64,000 nt of DNA from Eledone cirrhosa (taxonomy: Eukaryota): positions 102,176,001 through 102,240,000 of the forward strand of contig OZ024742.1 in the NCBI GenBank assembly GCA_964016885.1, read 5' to 3'. Made by a program: the position numbers and the translations under genes. Below the pieces are notes generated by a model. It ran no database searches. It was given only the letters and a program-made list of their open reading frames with translations, and was not told where the DNA came from. Shown here piece after piece: positions 12,990 through 26,934 of this stretch. The first letter of the stretch is position 1. Each line of letters starts with the position of its first letter.

Positions 12990-14090
12990 AGAAATGAAAT
13001 AAAACAGATTTCTTTCTGAGGTTCATTGGAAAACTCTACTCAATATTCGAACAATAAAAAAGGATCGTATATGGACACCTGAGATGAAAAACGCAGACCA
13101 TAGAGGGAGAAAACCACATTTAATGACTTACATGGAGTTCCAACAAATTCAGAACATTCCAGCTTAAGGATACCTGCATGCAATCCAGGGATAAGAAATC
13201 CCCACCAAGTGCCCATTAGACAAAAGAGAGAAATCATCAAGTGAGAATAAATGCAGGCTGTGAAAAATAAAGAGTGAAGATATTAGTCACATTATTGCGA
13301 AGTGTGAAATAATGTCTTATCGATTTTACCTTCCCATGAGACATGATGTGATAGACAGAACAATTTGGAATACTCTAGGACAGTGATTTCCAAGGGTTCC
13401 ACAAAGTACTGTCTGGGGTTCCTTGAAAAAAAGTAGTGGAGTATATTTGTATTACGACCATATAACAGTATTAGACTCTGGGGTTCTCCCAAAATTTCTG
13501 AAGCAAAAAAAGGTGCCGCGTTTGAAAAAGTTTGGGAAACCCTGCTCTAGGGAAGACGAAAGTGAGAACAAATAAGTCTAAATATATTGAGATTGAAAGG
13601 AATATTGGTGAAACCTAAAAATAAAAACGGTCACCAAATTAAACCACTGGCTTGATACTGTTGCTGGGACCATACGTTAAAAACATGGTTTTGTTATAAA
13701 AGTTGCCTACTCGATGTCAATGTTGTGAGAAATTTACAAAAGAGGGAGAATATCTACGGACCATTGATGGCGGGTTTATAGATTCAGTACCTAAAATACA
13801 CGTTCAGCTTCATACCTTTTATTATTGGAGATTCAGGATATATACCAACATTACAGGACCAAAGTATGACTGAACTTGGATTCTTGGAGAAAGAGCACGG
13901 ATCCTTAATTCATAAGCTAAATATCGCCATATCTGGAACCTTCAAAATCTGTAAGAGATTCTAGACTCAAAGGATGATCAGTTGCTCAAGTGATGATGGA
14001 AATTGTTTTCTTTACAACCTTGCCACCTGGAAAGTGGCCAGTCGAATAAACTCGAAATTAAGAAAAAGAGGCAAACATATACGTACATAC
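12990..14090 (+). mobile_element. R4/Dong-clade LINE 3' remnant (CCHC plus restriction-like endonuclease)
   Basis: KCRL*KIKSEDISHIIAKC...YLPMRHD and LLDVNVVRNLQKRENIYGPLM...FIPFIIG; ORF end and 3'UTR homologous to 51275-51735 (-); interrupted by a hAT MITE. Confidence 0.75.
13381..13544. mobile_element. hAT (Charlie-like) MITE
   Basis: TIRs cagtgatttccaa / ttgggaaaccctg; 8-bp TSD ctctagga / ctctaggg, resembling the NTCTAGAN preference. Confidence 0.8.
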
Positions 14091-14159
14091 ATATCTCCCA
14101 CCCCCTACACATAGAGAGAGGGGGATTTAAAATGATAACAATATAAGTTGCTATATCAT

Positions 14160-14196
<37 letters not shown>

Positions 14197-14487
14197 CTAT
14201 ATATATATATTATTGTATAAGAACTTTGTAACGCGAACTGGCGCTAAATTATACTAATTCACGTGACAGTCATCAACCAACCAAATTACATTTCTAAAAA
14301 ACTCATAATTTCTTTCGAGCCACCTTTTTCCACATAAAACAGAAGTAACATTCGAACACCAACCAGATGAGAGAGAAACCACAAACCCTCCATCTCAATT
14401 CTACTTTTGAAAAGTATAAGAAATGCGAAACAGGTAAAGGAACCAAATAAATATTCTTAAAAAGACTCCAGTTGCATTTTCGATTTC

Positions 14488-14553
<66 letters not shown>

Positions 14554-14622
14554 GAAATAGCCGTCGAAACAGCTTGAGCTCTGCCGTCGGGGTCATACTT
14601 TTTCCTATTTCCCACATTTTCC

Positions 14623-14653
<31 letters not shown>

Positions 14654-14684
14654 TTATTTATTTGTTATGGCTAAGTAGAGAGTG

Positions 14685-14815
14685 TTGTTACTCTGGAGTT
14701 TCACCTGTATATTCACAGGATCATCTTGTCTGATGTATATATATTCATTTTATTAAGACTAAATAGTGAGTCTTGTTACTCTGAAGTTCCGCCTGTTTAT
14801 CATAGGGTCGTCAAT
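14685..14815 (-). ncRNA. Two tandem degenerate hammerheads (family also at 38562-38609)
   Basis: TTGACGA-CCCT...AGGC-GGAAC-TTCAGA-GTA-ACA and aaGATGA-T-CCTGTG-AATA-TACAGG-T-GAAAC-TCCAGA-GTA-ACA. Confidence 0.5.
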
Positions 14816-14832
14816 AGCATACACATATATAT

Positions 14833-15279
14833 ACACTTTTCCACCGGTATTCGCGGGTGCTACGTTCCTAGAGCACCCGCGAAGAGTAAGAAACCGCGAA
14901 TATTGGACGTGTTTAATAAAAAATGCCTGTAAAATATAACGTTAAATATAATAAAAAAGAGGGAGCGTCTTATGCAAAGGGCCGTCCAATAGGCGCAAAT
15001 GCGGTATATTGTTTTTAATAATTTAGCGTTAACACATATATATTGTTTCTACTTTTGGCACAAGGCCAGCAATTACCCAGTGTATTACTGGTACTTTATT
15101 TTATCGACCCCGTAAGGATGAAAGGCAAAGTTAACCACATATATATTGCCACGAAAAAAGCCGTTAAAAAATTGTAGAAGATATTAACGATTCCGCGAAT
15201 AAGCGGTGGTTTCCACGAACAATTATATATTCGGTTCTAATGAAAATTCCGCGAATAACCGGGAACGCGAATGCCGGGA

Positions 15280-15283
<4 letters not shown>
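14833..15283. mobile_element. pogo/Tigger-like MITE carrying a SINE fragment (15043-15137)
   Basis: ccggtattcgcg ... cgcgaatgccgg termini with several subterminal ccgcgaa repeats. Confidence 0.55.
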
Positions 15284-15310
<27 letters not shown>

Positions 15311-15371
15311 AATGTTATTCTGGGTTGAATCGGGGGTAACCACAGTAAGTAAGGTACTCAATACTTAGCAG

Positions 15372-16008
<637 letters not shown>

Positions 16009-16084
16009 GGAAGTAAAAGTTAAGTGGAAATATCCAATATCCAAGAGTAAGAGCACTCAGTCCATAGGACGAGTTTAGTGTAAA

Positions 16085-16222
16085 TAATTACACCAGTGAC
16101 ATAAACAGGTACTCAAGTTTCGTTGGGTTCAGGGCCCAAATTTCTTGGATGATATAAACGGGTAAAAAGAAATTGGGGCCGAGAACCCAACGAAACTTGA
16201 GTTCCTGTTTATGTCACTGTTG

Positions 16223-16228
<6 letters not shown>
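16085..16228. repeat. Fold-back hairpin, 62-bp arms, containing an HHR 3' half
   Basis: 16085-16146 pairs with 16167-16228; the arms contain cccaac-GAAAC-TTGA-GT(A/T)-cctg. Confidence 0.9.
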
Positions 16229-16253
<25 letters not shown>

Positions 16254-16692
16254 TCATACTATTTTAGTTATACTATTATATACACATACACACATATATA
16301 TATATATGTGTTAGTGTGTGTGTGTTAGTGTGTGCTATGCCTATAAAAGGAGTGTCCCATCATTGTATGATCTGATTAACTATAAATAGCCAATAACTAG
16401 CCAATAACATCAGACAATAATACGTGACCGCCACCGTGAAACTCCAGTCCTACTTCCGCCAGCACACCCGGTTTGTCTTCCCCCGTTCCTCGCCACCCCC
16501 TGCATACCAACGCACCTACACACATTACCTACATACTTGTGTACAATGTTTGTTTACACAATTATATCTCCTGACCAGTAGGTCACTTCCTAAACACATT
16601 GCCATATCTTGCAGCGCTGACAGGATCACCTGATATCACTATGCAGGTGTGACAAGTTGTGAGGAAAATATCTGGCTATGTGGCTTTATGTA

Positions 16693-16726
<34 letters not shown>

Positions 16727-17680
16727 TGTGTGTGTGTGTGTGTGTATGTGCTTGTGTGTGTATGTGCTTGTGTGTGTCTGTGTATGTATGTATGTGTGTG
16801 TGTATGTATGTATGTGTGTGTGTATGTGCTTGTGTGTGTGTATATATATATATATATGTGTGTGCGTGTGTGTTTGTTAGTGACAACGTGTTTTATGTAT
16901 TTTTATTGTTGTTGTTTAGCCCCAGGTCAGCCCTGATAGATCAGGTATATAGATTAAAAGCATTCTAACATTGTTTAACGGTATGTGTGATTTGACGGTG
17001 TCAATGTGCGCAGCTTGTGTGTATGAATGTGACAACATTACTCTGTTGTTCTTGTTGCTGTTGTTCTTGTTTAACTCAACGCCAGCCAGCCTTGATCAAC
17101 CAGAAATACAAATTAAAAGAAACTATTCTAGCTGCGAATAACTATCTCATCTTATATATCTAATGTATCCCCACTGTGTTTAATGGTAGCGTGTGTGATT
17201 TGACAACGTGGAGGCGCGTGACTTAGACAGTGAGTTCACTCTCCCGTTATATATATATATACAATAAAGTATGTCCATAGAATCATTTGATGAAATATAT
17301 ACACCATTTCCTCTCCCAATCAGCATAATCATCCACACAAAATACCAATTAAACAAGGCTATAAGATTAAAAGGCACCTATGAAGAAATAATAAATAAAT
17401 AAACGACAGCTATCTATCCGTGATCAACAGCTATAGAATATTTACCCAGCATTTCTAATAGCACGTGGAAATCGATTAAATATATCGTCAACCATACACA
17501 ATTAGGTATAAAATCAAAGTAAGAAGAAAAAAGTATATAAGCATACCAAAATTATGCTTCTACCCATGAAATTTCATTCACTTTTTGGAAATATCCGATC
17601 AAGGATAAATTCACGAGTTTCGAAATCATCAGGAAACAAACTCACTTGGACGAAGATTTTTCTTAAATAATCCCTGCCAG

Positions 17681-17885
17681 AAACGAATTCAAAATGGCTA
17701 AGAACTGTAACGTGGCAGTGGTCAAGTCAGAAAGAATGTGATCGGTGCCTTACGGCGAGTGGGATGGTTGCTAGAAAGTGCAGCCTAATACTGCCTAAAT
17801 TGCATCTCAACCATATATAAGGCACCGATCACATTCTTTCTGACTTGACCACTGCCACGTTACAGTTCTTAGCCATTTTGAATTC

Positions 17886-17889
<4 letters not shown>
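17681..17889. repeat. Inverted repeat (~71-bp arms) at the end of a PLE-like module
   Basis: 17681-17752 pairs with 17819-17889 and abuts (TA)n; a diverged relative of the module lies at ~25660-26160 in the opposite orientation. Confidence 0.9.
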
Positions 17890-17941
<52 letters not shown>

Positions 17942-18021
17942 CGAAAGAAGTGTGGTAAGGAACCAGATGGACTATAACGCACCAGAGTACTCAATACTTA
18001 GAGTAGTAGAGTGGGTAATAT

Positions 18022-18132
18022 GAGAAAGTATGACCCCGACGGCAGAGCTCAAGCCGTTTCGACGGGTATTTCTGGAGTCCAGAAATAGCCGTCGAAACGG
18101 CTTGAGCTCTGCCGTGGGGGTCATACTTTCTC
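18022..18132. repeat. Palindrome, family B terminus
   Basis: gagaaagtatgaccccgacggcagagctcaagccgtttcgacgggtatttctgga-g-tccagaaatagccgtcgaaacggcttgagctctgccg...; family copies at 14551, 22280, 32709 and 61924. Confidence 0.9.
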
Positions 18133-18141
18133 CTATATATA

Positions 18142-18180
18142 TGAACCTGAAGATTGCAAAAGCATGAAAGTAACTGTTCA
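18142..18180 (+). ncRNA. Minimal hammerhead-like motif
   Basis: TGAAC-CTGAAGA-T-TGC-AAAA-GCA-T-GAAA-GTAACT-GTTCA; 5-bp stem I; the cleavage triplet is non-canonical. Confidence 0.55.
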
Positions 18181-18291
18181 ATTAACACTTAACATTAAAT
18201 ATTCTACCATACTATTTCATTCTAATACCATTATAATTTTAAAGGATTGTAAATAAAACGAGTAAATCAAACAAATTTGGAATTCCTTTTA

Positions 18292-18363
<72 letters not shown>

Positions 18364-18451
18364 TATATATATATATGAATTATTTCCGTAGGAAGGGTAA
18401 AGGAAAGGAGAGTGCTCTATGTAAACTACAGAGCTATTTAGTTATATAATT

Positions 18452-18524
18452 TTTCATTCTGATGACCAATTTCGGATGTCTGTGTTGAGCTCGTCTGTCT
18501 TCGCGAAACCTTTCGTAAATGGAA
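18452..18524 (+). ncRNA. Type I hammerhead with long, poorly paired stem II
   Basis: tttCATT-CTGATGA-(39 nt)-GAAAC-CTTTC-GTA-AATGgaa. Confidence 0.6.
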
Positions 18525-18548
18525 TAATTTTCTTATGTTGTTTATTAC

Positions 18549-18602
<54 letters not shown>

Positions 18603-18701
18603 AAGAGATGTAAACATGAATGGACCTGTTATTTTTATCTAAAGACATGTTTTCCAATTCCAACCCGCCCGTCCCCTCAATCTATCTTATTTCTCATTCT
18701 T

Positions 18702-18736
18702 TCTTCTGATGAAGGATTAGCATCCGAAACGTTAAG
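18702..18736 (+). ncRNA. Minimal type I hammerhead, family A
   Basis: TCTT-CTGATGA-A-GGA-TTAGCA-TCC-GAAA-CGTT-AAGA. Confidence 0.7.
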
Positions 18737-18834
18737 ACCCTCTTCCTGATACATCAAGCGTTAACCTAATATATCCCTTCCATACACTGTACTGATTGTG
18801 TTATTATTTCTGTTTACCTTTTACATACATACGT

Positions 18835-19038
<204 letters not shown>

Positions 19039-19639
19039 TGTATATATATATATATTCATTTATATACATTTATATGAATATACATGATGTTACTAGTTAA
19101 GATTCGTAAGGCCATATATGTATATATATGCAATGTTACTAAATAAGGACATATATATGTATATATATATGAAACTGGGCTATTGAAATATGTATAGTGT
19201 TTTCGCAGAATTAAGATTTCAAAGAAGTCTCCAGAAAGGCTGTCTGTTGTTTTTAATGTGTGTGACCCCCCCCCCCCACACACACATATTCACACATACG
19301 CTTGGACTCTCAACCACATGTAACTATATATAGTAGTAGTATATGGTCTAATTTACTGTCAATTTATAAACTGAGATGGGTATTTATAGATATGCTTGAA
19401 TTAGGTTATATAAACTAACAAACTTGACACGCGCTCACATACACAAACACACACATATACATATATGCATACATATATGCATACATATATGCATACATAT
19501 ATACATATATACATACATATATACATACATATATACATACATATATACATATATACTAACACACACATATACATACAGACATAGATACATACAAACACAC
19601 ATACATATAAATATACAAACACACACATACACATACATA

Positions 19640-20265
19640 CATACATGATGGCTGCCCCCTCGTTATCGAGTATGGCCATTGCACGATATACCATTATTAA
19701 TAATTATTAATTAATTCTATCGTGCAATGCCTGTGCGTGAAGATATCTTTTAAAGTGAGGAGAGACTGTGCACTGAGCCAATCCCACTCTCTGAGCGACA
19801 GTAGCTATAACCCGAAAAGAAGAAAAGATCAACATCATCAGTAACTACTGAGCCGCAGATTTTATATCGGAGTTATCCCAGTTTCCTGAGTTGCCTTCTC
19901 CTAGAAGAATGCCCTGACAAAGGCTAGGGGTTCCTTCACTCCCAGTGGTTTAACCACGCGATCGGGTGTCCAACCCGACAATTTCTATGTGCCCTCGCAT
20001 ATACATACACATGAACCCATGTATATATACATATACATATATATGTACATGTGTATATACATATTTACACACTGTTGGATGGCCGTTGACTCTTATGAGT
20101 TCTTCCGCCCTTTGTCAGGTTTTGGTTTTTGTCCTGCAGGGTGTCCAAAATCACACTCCTCAACAAGTAAACTTGGTGGGGTTGCCGGTTTAGTCGCCGA
20201 CGACCCCACCATGCGACAGGTTGTACTGGGTTACATGTTACCAGTAGCACTCAAGAGTACTCGAC
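19640..20265 (-). mobile_element. RTE-like LINE fragments (tail and probable 5' pieces)
   Basis: 19640-19692 (-) resembles the gccgtactcg...ggcagcca(ccatgt) tail at 3857-3890. Assigning the GC-richer pieces to 5' regions is tentative. Confidence 0.45.
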
Positions 20266-20647
20266 ATACATACATACAAACACACATATACATACGTATA
20301 TACAAACACACATATACATACAAATGTACGAACACACATATACATACATACATACATACATACATACATACATACATACATACATACATACATACATACA
20401 TACATACATAAACACGTGTTAAGGCCCTCAATTAAAGAGGAGGAATCTTATAGAGTATTTTTCTAGTGCAGTATACTGAAGTTTATTCCCTTTAGAGTTA
20501 TGTAGGGTTGCCACACTCTTTTCAATGCTTAGGACCTCCAAAATTCCATGTCCGGCCCTGATAATAGACACATCTATTAAGCTCTGTCCAAATGTATGTG
20601 TGTATGTGCTATATATAGCTTATATGCAATTACTATCTATGTGACCA

Positions 20648-21272
20648 TGCTTTGCAGCATAGAGTTATGGCTCTTTGCGTTCTGAGTTCAAATCCCGCCG
20701 AGGTTAGCTTTGCCTTTCATCCCTACGGGGTTGATACATTAAAACACCAGTAATGTACTGGAGTCGATTTAATAGACTTTCCCTTCCCCATCAAATTGCT
20801 GACTTTGTGCCTAAAGTAAAAACAACTATCGTTGTGACCAGGAAATATGTAACTGATTTCTGAACAAAATCTGAATCTAGACACATTGTTCTCCTTTCCT
20901 GGAGACACAGGGAAACATATTTCCTTTAAACCTTACTGTCTAGTCTTTCACAGTAAGATTAAATGGGTCTTTATTAAAAATAAACTATCGTAGGTTTACG
21001 ATAGTTTGAACGTGTGTATGTATGTGTATGAGGCAGCAAATTGGCAGAGTCGTTAAGACGTCGGATAAAATGCTTCACGGTATTCATTCCACCTCATTGT
21101 GCTCTCTGAGTTCAAATCCCGCTGGGATCTACTTTGCCTTTCCAATACTGGGGCCGATTCTTTCTTTATAAAAAAAAATCGGCTGTGTTCAGACCAGGAG
21201 AGGGTTGAGCTCCACCAGGTTTATAAGTACCCTAGACACACCGTTTGACAGAACCTCTACGACTATGGGATC
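20648..21272 (+). mobile_element. Two SINE copies (20648-20826 and 21031-21272)
   Basis: Family core ctgagttcaaatcccgc...ctttgcctttc. Confidence 0.75.
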
Positions 21273-21321
21273 CTTTTTTATCCTTTAATTATGTGTATAC
21301 ATGTACATAACACAAACACAA

Positions 21322-21352
<31 letters not shown>

Positions 21353-21755
21353 GAGAGAGAGATAAGATGTTACATACACACATGCAACATATATGTCCGT
21401 GTATCTGTATCTTTGTGTATATATTGATAAAACGTGTAAATTGATTAATGGTTTCTAATTTAGGTCCAAGGTCAGCGATTTAGATGTAGGGGAAAGGTAA
21501 GTTGGTTAAATAAACTCCGTAAAGGTAAAGTTGACATATGATACGACTACATTAGAGATCAATTACTCATTTCCTTGTCAACGCTTGTATTATTATGTAA
21601 ATTAAGCAGTCTGCCCATTTTTATGTACAGTGTAAACCTCGACTATTCTCTCTCTGGTAATAAAATGAGTAAAATATTTCTGATGCAACGTTAATAAAGA
21701 CTGAAACTAGTTGTTTTGATCTCTTTTACGAACCACAGAGAAAGAGGGAGAAAGA

Positions 21756-21853
<98 letters not shown>

Positions 21854-21927
21854 AGCAGAACAAGCAAAATTCAAACAATTTTTAAAAATAAATTAAAAAA
21901 TATAATTTAAATATTTACCTATTCCAG

Positions 21928-22010
21928 TGCTTTTACCGATCGGTTTCACTTCACAAAACATTAGAAATCCATGGGACCTCCAATGGAAAAGTGAAGATCA
22001 TCAGAGAGCA
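21928..22010 (-). ncRNA. Type I hammerhead, long stem II, palindromic stem III
   Basis: TGCTCT-CTGATGA-T-CTTCAC-(36 nt)-GTGAAG-T-GAAAC-CGATCG-GTA-AAAGCA; complete core, GUA triplet, palindrome ACCGATCGGT. Confidence 0.85.
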
Positions 22011-22396
22011 TTTTCCTTTCCTAGGACAAAAAGTCCCAGGAACGGCAAAATATATTGCCATCTGCTAGCTAGTACAGGATCGAATGAGGCCAAAATTTGA
22101 CCTATACATGAACCAGTCCGTAGCAAAAGCGGAAGTAAACACAATGTAGGAGGTGAGTTTGTGAACACAAATATCATCCCATGATGATATTTGTTTTTTG
22201 AAATGCGCATAATAAAATACATGGAACTCTTTTAACCATCTTTTGATCTTATATTATATATATATATATATGAAAGATTCAGGACCCCGACGGCTGAGCT
22301 CCGACGGCTGAATCTTTTCATATTACCCACTCTACTTCCCCAAATATCGAATACTCTGGTGGGTTATGGTCTAGCTGGTTTTTACCACACTCCAAC

Positions 22397-22603
<207 letters not shown>

Positions 22604-22684
22604 GGTAAACAGAAATAACAACACAATCGGTATAGTATATGGAAGGTATATATTAGGATAACACTTGATATAGCAGGAAGAGGG

Positions 22685-22720
22685 TCTTAACGTTTCGGAT
22701 GCTAGTCCTTCATCAGAAGA
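22685..22720 (-). ncRNA. Minimal type I hammerhead, family A
   Basis: TCTT-CTGATGA-A-GGA-CTAGCA-TCC-GAAA-CGTT-AAGA. Confidence 0.7.
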
Positions 22721-23977
22721 AAGAATAAGAAATAAAATAAATTGACGGGACGGGCGGGATGGAATTGGAGGGATCTTCTGAAACTAAAAAAAAAAAATCA
22801 AAAAAAAATCAATCTGTGAACGCAGAAGTAAATATTTCGAAAAACGTTGCAACCGAAGGAAAACAGGAAGACGACACTTTGGTTCGTGAAGACGTTCCCT
22901 GGCAATGAACGGAAAAAAGCAAAGATAATTCGTCGTTATGTGGAACAGTGAGAACAATTATACGCAAAGACAAAACCACGTTTATGGTATAAATGGAGTC
23001 ATTATACTAATATTCTATTTAGGAACCCGAATGATTCTCGGCTTCGGAGTTAAGAATAATGTAAATAAATTATTTGAACGAAAATGACAGAGGTTATAAA
23101 AATAATAATAAATATACACATACACACGTACATACACGTACATACACGTGCATACGCGAAAACACACGCCATGCATGCATATACATGCGCGTACACATAA
23201 ACACGCGCACACGTACGTAAACCGGCGCGACACATATACCCGCACACATACGAACGTATACACCAAATACACATATAAATATATGTGTGTGTGTATACAT
23301 ATAATTATATATACATATATGAATATACACGCATAAAAGCGTATATAACGCACACACACACACATACTTACAGGTAAATACACATATGTTCACCAACGTA
23401 CATATACCAAAACCCTATATACACACCATACATACGTGTAAACACACATACGCACTCATACAGACCCATATATAAATATACATATACATACATACGTACA
23501 CGCATACATACAAATACATAAACACCCACATATATATAAAATATCTATATAAAGCCACACACGCAAATAAACAAATATAATACCCGTACATACACATACA
23601 CATACGCGCAACCCCATACATCCACACACACGCGCGCACACACCAACACAAACGCACACACCAACACAAACGCACACACATACACACATATATATATATA
23701 TACATATATATATGTATACATATATATATATATACACACACACATATATATACCTATATATACAATATACACAAAATATACATAAATATACACAAATACA
23801 TATATACACACATACACATATACACACATATACAAGCATATATACGTACGAGAAAGTATACGTACCTCCACAAACATACGAGTAAGCTATACTTACCTAT
23901 ACAAATAAGTAATGGTATAAATATAAAATATATTTAGCTACCACATTAAGACGTAAATTATCCGCGTATTGTTCGCA

Positions 23978-24745
23978 CTATCCGTTAGGATATAATGTGG
24001 GACTGTAATACAGGAAAGTTTTATGCAATTTGTCTTTACAAGCCGAAATTGCCTCATATTTTTTGTTTAAGATGTGATCATTGGCGTAGAGTATTTCCAG
24101 GGCTTCAGCAGCGCAAAGACCGCATGGTCTTTTATTTCCGTTATACGATCTAGCCTTAACTAGGATCTCCCAGTGTAACCTATATTGGGTGTGGTTGTCT
24201 TTTAGACTCCAGATATAAGCTGAAGGTGACGTCATTTTCCTTCTTAAAGGGTTAAGAAAAGAATGGGTGTGCATGTAAAGACGCTGCTTGAATCTATTGG
24301 CGGTTAACCCTATGTAGGCCCTACTAGATGTTGGTGTGTCGACCTTACATTTGTAGACAACGTTACTGGAAATACATTTCCCGGATAGAGGGCAGTCAAC
24401 CCGATTCCTACAATTACAGTTAGTACTAGCTACAGGGTTGCACGTGTTATTAGGGCTAGGTAATTTAGCTAAATTTAAAGCAGTATTGTTATGTCCAAAG
24501 TTAGGAGTCGTAGAGTAATATATTTTAACGGTATTTCTATTAAAAATGTTATATTTATGTGTTGAGGGGAAATGCTTCTTAATAATAGAGAGAAAGATTT
24601 TAGCTAATGGTGTGGCCACCTCCATATTATATGGTGGGTTATACCATATAATGCGTCGGGATCTATTTTTCCTAGGTTTATGCTCATACTTAGTATATGC
24701 TACCTTATCGACAAAACCACTCCAAGCAAGAGCTTCATTGTAATT
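23978..24745 (-). pseudogene. PLE ORF remnant: RT-endonuclease linker plus GIY-YIG endonuclease
   Basis: NEALAWSG...RRIIWYNPPY...KHFP...CNCRNRVDCPLSGKC...VVYKC...AYIGLT..FKQR...H..SF...YIWSLK...CGLC..E; typical Penelope-group signature; RT core is missing. Confidence 0.9.
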
Positions 24746-25009
24746 ATATCCCTACCATGGTTTCTTCCAACATATATATATCTTTAATTTTATGTATATG
24801 ATAACCTTTATATTTAATAATCTCCCAACTGGTTGAGATTAAATTTGGCGATATATGGCTGCGCTTTCTAGCAGCAAGCCTACCCGCCGTAAGCAACCAA
24901 TCACACTCTTTCTCTCTGGCTGGAACACAGCTACATAGCGATTTTTAGCCATTTTTGAATCTAAATTTGGCGGGATCGGATTGAAAAACTAAATGTCTGA
25001 TTTTGAGTT

Positions 25010-25086
25010 TATCCCCTGATGAAACTAACTCTGGAAATTCATATTATTTGGATGTTCTAAATAAGGAAGAAACCATGGTAGGGATA
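25010..25086 (+). ncRNA. Type I hammerhead, long stem II, inverted relative to the adjacent PLE ORF
   Basis: TATCCC-CTGATGA-(46 nt)-GAAAC-CATG-GTA-GGGATA; its 3' half recurs inverted at 24741-24768, at the ORF truncation point. Confidence 0.8.
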
Positions 25087-25412
25087 TAATTACGGTATGT
25101 GCGCATTTCTTCTAAGTTTAATTTTACTACTAATTGTGTGTGGTTGATAGTATATTTGGTCGAAGTCTACATGCTGTCGAAATGTTCGATAAATAATGGA
25201 ACGGGGCCGCCGCGAAGAGGTTACGATCGATTGTTTGTCAGAGATTTCCCCATAAGAAAATTTATTCTTAAAGCCTGCTAGATTTGATTTTGTATATGGT
25301 TAATTATTGTTTCTACCTTTGACACCAGGCCATCAAGGTTAATTATGCTAATTAGAAGAAGAAATAGTATATATTTTAATATCTGATGATTCTAAAGACA
25401 TGATTTATGATA

Positions 25413-25526
<114 letters not shown>

Positions 25527-25593
25527 ACTCTCAAGAGCGTGAACCTAATAAACCTTTATTTGTCTGACTCTGTTTTTGTTCCCGTTCAAATTT

Positions 25594-25659
<66 letters not shown>

Positions 25660-25801
25660 CAGTAACTAACTGCTCCTTCTAGAAGCCAATCTACCTGCCA
25701 CCCGGCCTACCTTTCACAACCTTCTACTTTGACCACTGGCCTAGTGATAATTCTTACCCATTTTGAATTCATTTCTGGTGGCGATCTCTGTAGAAATTTT
25801 A

Positions 25802-25845
25802 GTCCTAACTGAGGAGTCTCTCGAGAAGCTCGAAACCTCATGGAC
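25802..25845 (+). ncRNA. Degenerate hammerhead-like motif
   Basis: GTCCtaa-CTGAGGA-gtctctcgagaagctc-GAAAC-ctca-TGGAC; a diverged counterpart lies at ~17603-17652 (-). Confidence 0.45.
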
Positions 25846-26680
25846 ATATCCACAAAGTACGAGCGAAACTATCGATAGTCGGGACTAGAAGAATTTTGGT
25901 AAAGTTTATATACATTTTTTCTTCAAACTTACATTTTAGACTTAGCTCCGTTGAATTGATTATTTGTCTAGTTAATTTCTACGGTCTAAGAGGAAAGACT
26001 AGGTAAATTTTATCTGACTGTTCCTCACAGAGGAAAGTCTGTGTCATTTATCTGTTATTTCTTCGAAGTTACATTTTAAACTTAGCTCCGTTTAAATGAT
26101 TACGGTATTTATCTAGTTAATTTCTACGGAATAAGGAGAACAAAAATTGGATATATTTTATCTGAATGTATATACTTTCCTTATGCATATTAACGGCTGA
26201 GCAGCCTAATTTGCATATCGAGTGAGTTAGTCGGCCGGGCGTACCGAAAACGATAAATGGAACAGAATGAAACGAAATTTCATTTCTCACTCTTAGTACG
26301 GCACTTACTTAAATGTAAGTATGTATGTATACGTACATACATATATGTATACAGACGTACAGTAGTATGTATATATATATATATACATGCACACATATAT
26401 ATATATGTACGTATGGGTTAACATTTATTATAATGTTCGGTTGGTTTGTAAACAAACAGCCCGAATTACGCCGTACAGTGTTCAGGCAACCATAGTCGCC
26501 CTTTTGTTCAACACTGACACAGGAACGATGTACTAGTTTCAAGCTTATTAGCTATCGTCAGCATCGTATACCTTCCTGCCAGATGATTGAACGTCTGAAA
26601 GTATATACTTTCCTTATACATATTAACGGCTGAGCAGCCTAATTTGCATATCGGCTGAGCATATATATATAGAGAGAGAG

Positions 26681-26738
<58 letters not shown>

Positions 26739-26934
26739 TCCTGAATCTAGATAAGTGATATCATCAAGTGAGATCTGAACTGTTCTATTCTGAAGGTGCA
26801 CATCGATAGAGAGATGTCATGGCACAAGGAGTGGGCGGTCAGGTGGACAGGTAGGGACAGGTGTACGGAAGAAAATATGTACTTCAATATCGAATCTATT
26901 GTTACTGAAGCGACTGTGTCTATTATGGGTAGAG

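Noticed and set aside
16340-16500. Promoter (TATAAAA, two CCAAT boxes, GC-rich patch)
   Set aside because: Short motifs are common in AT-rich DNA, their order is atypical, and no linked exon was found.
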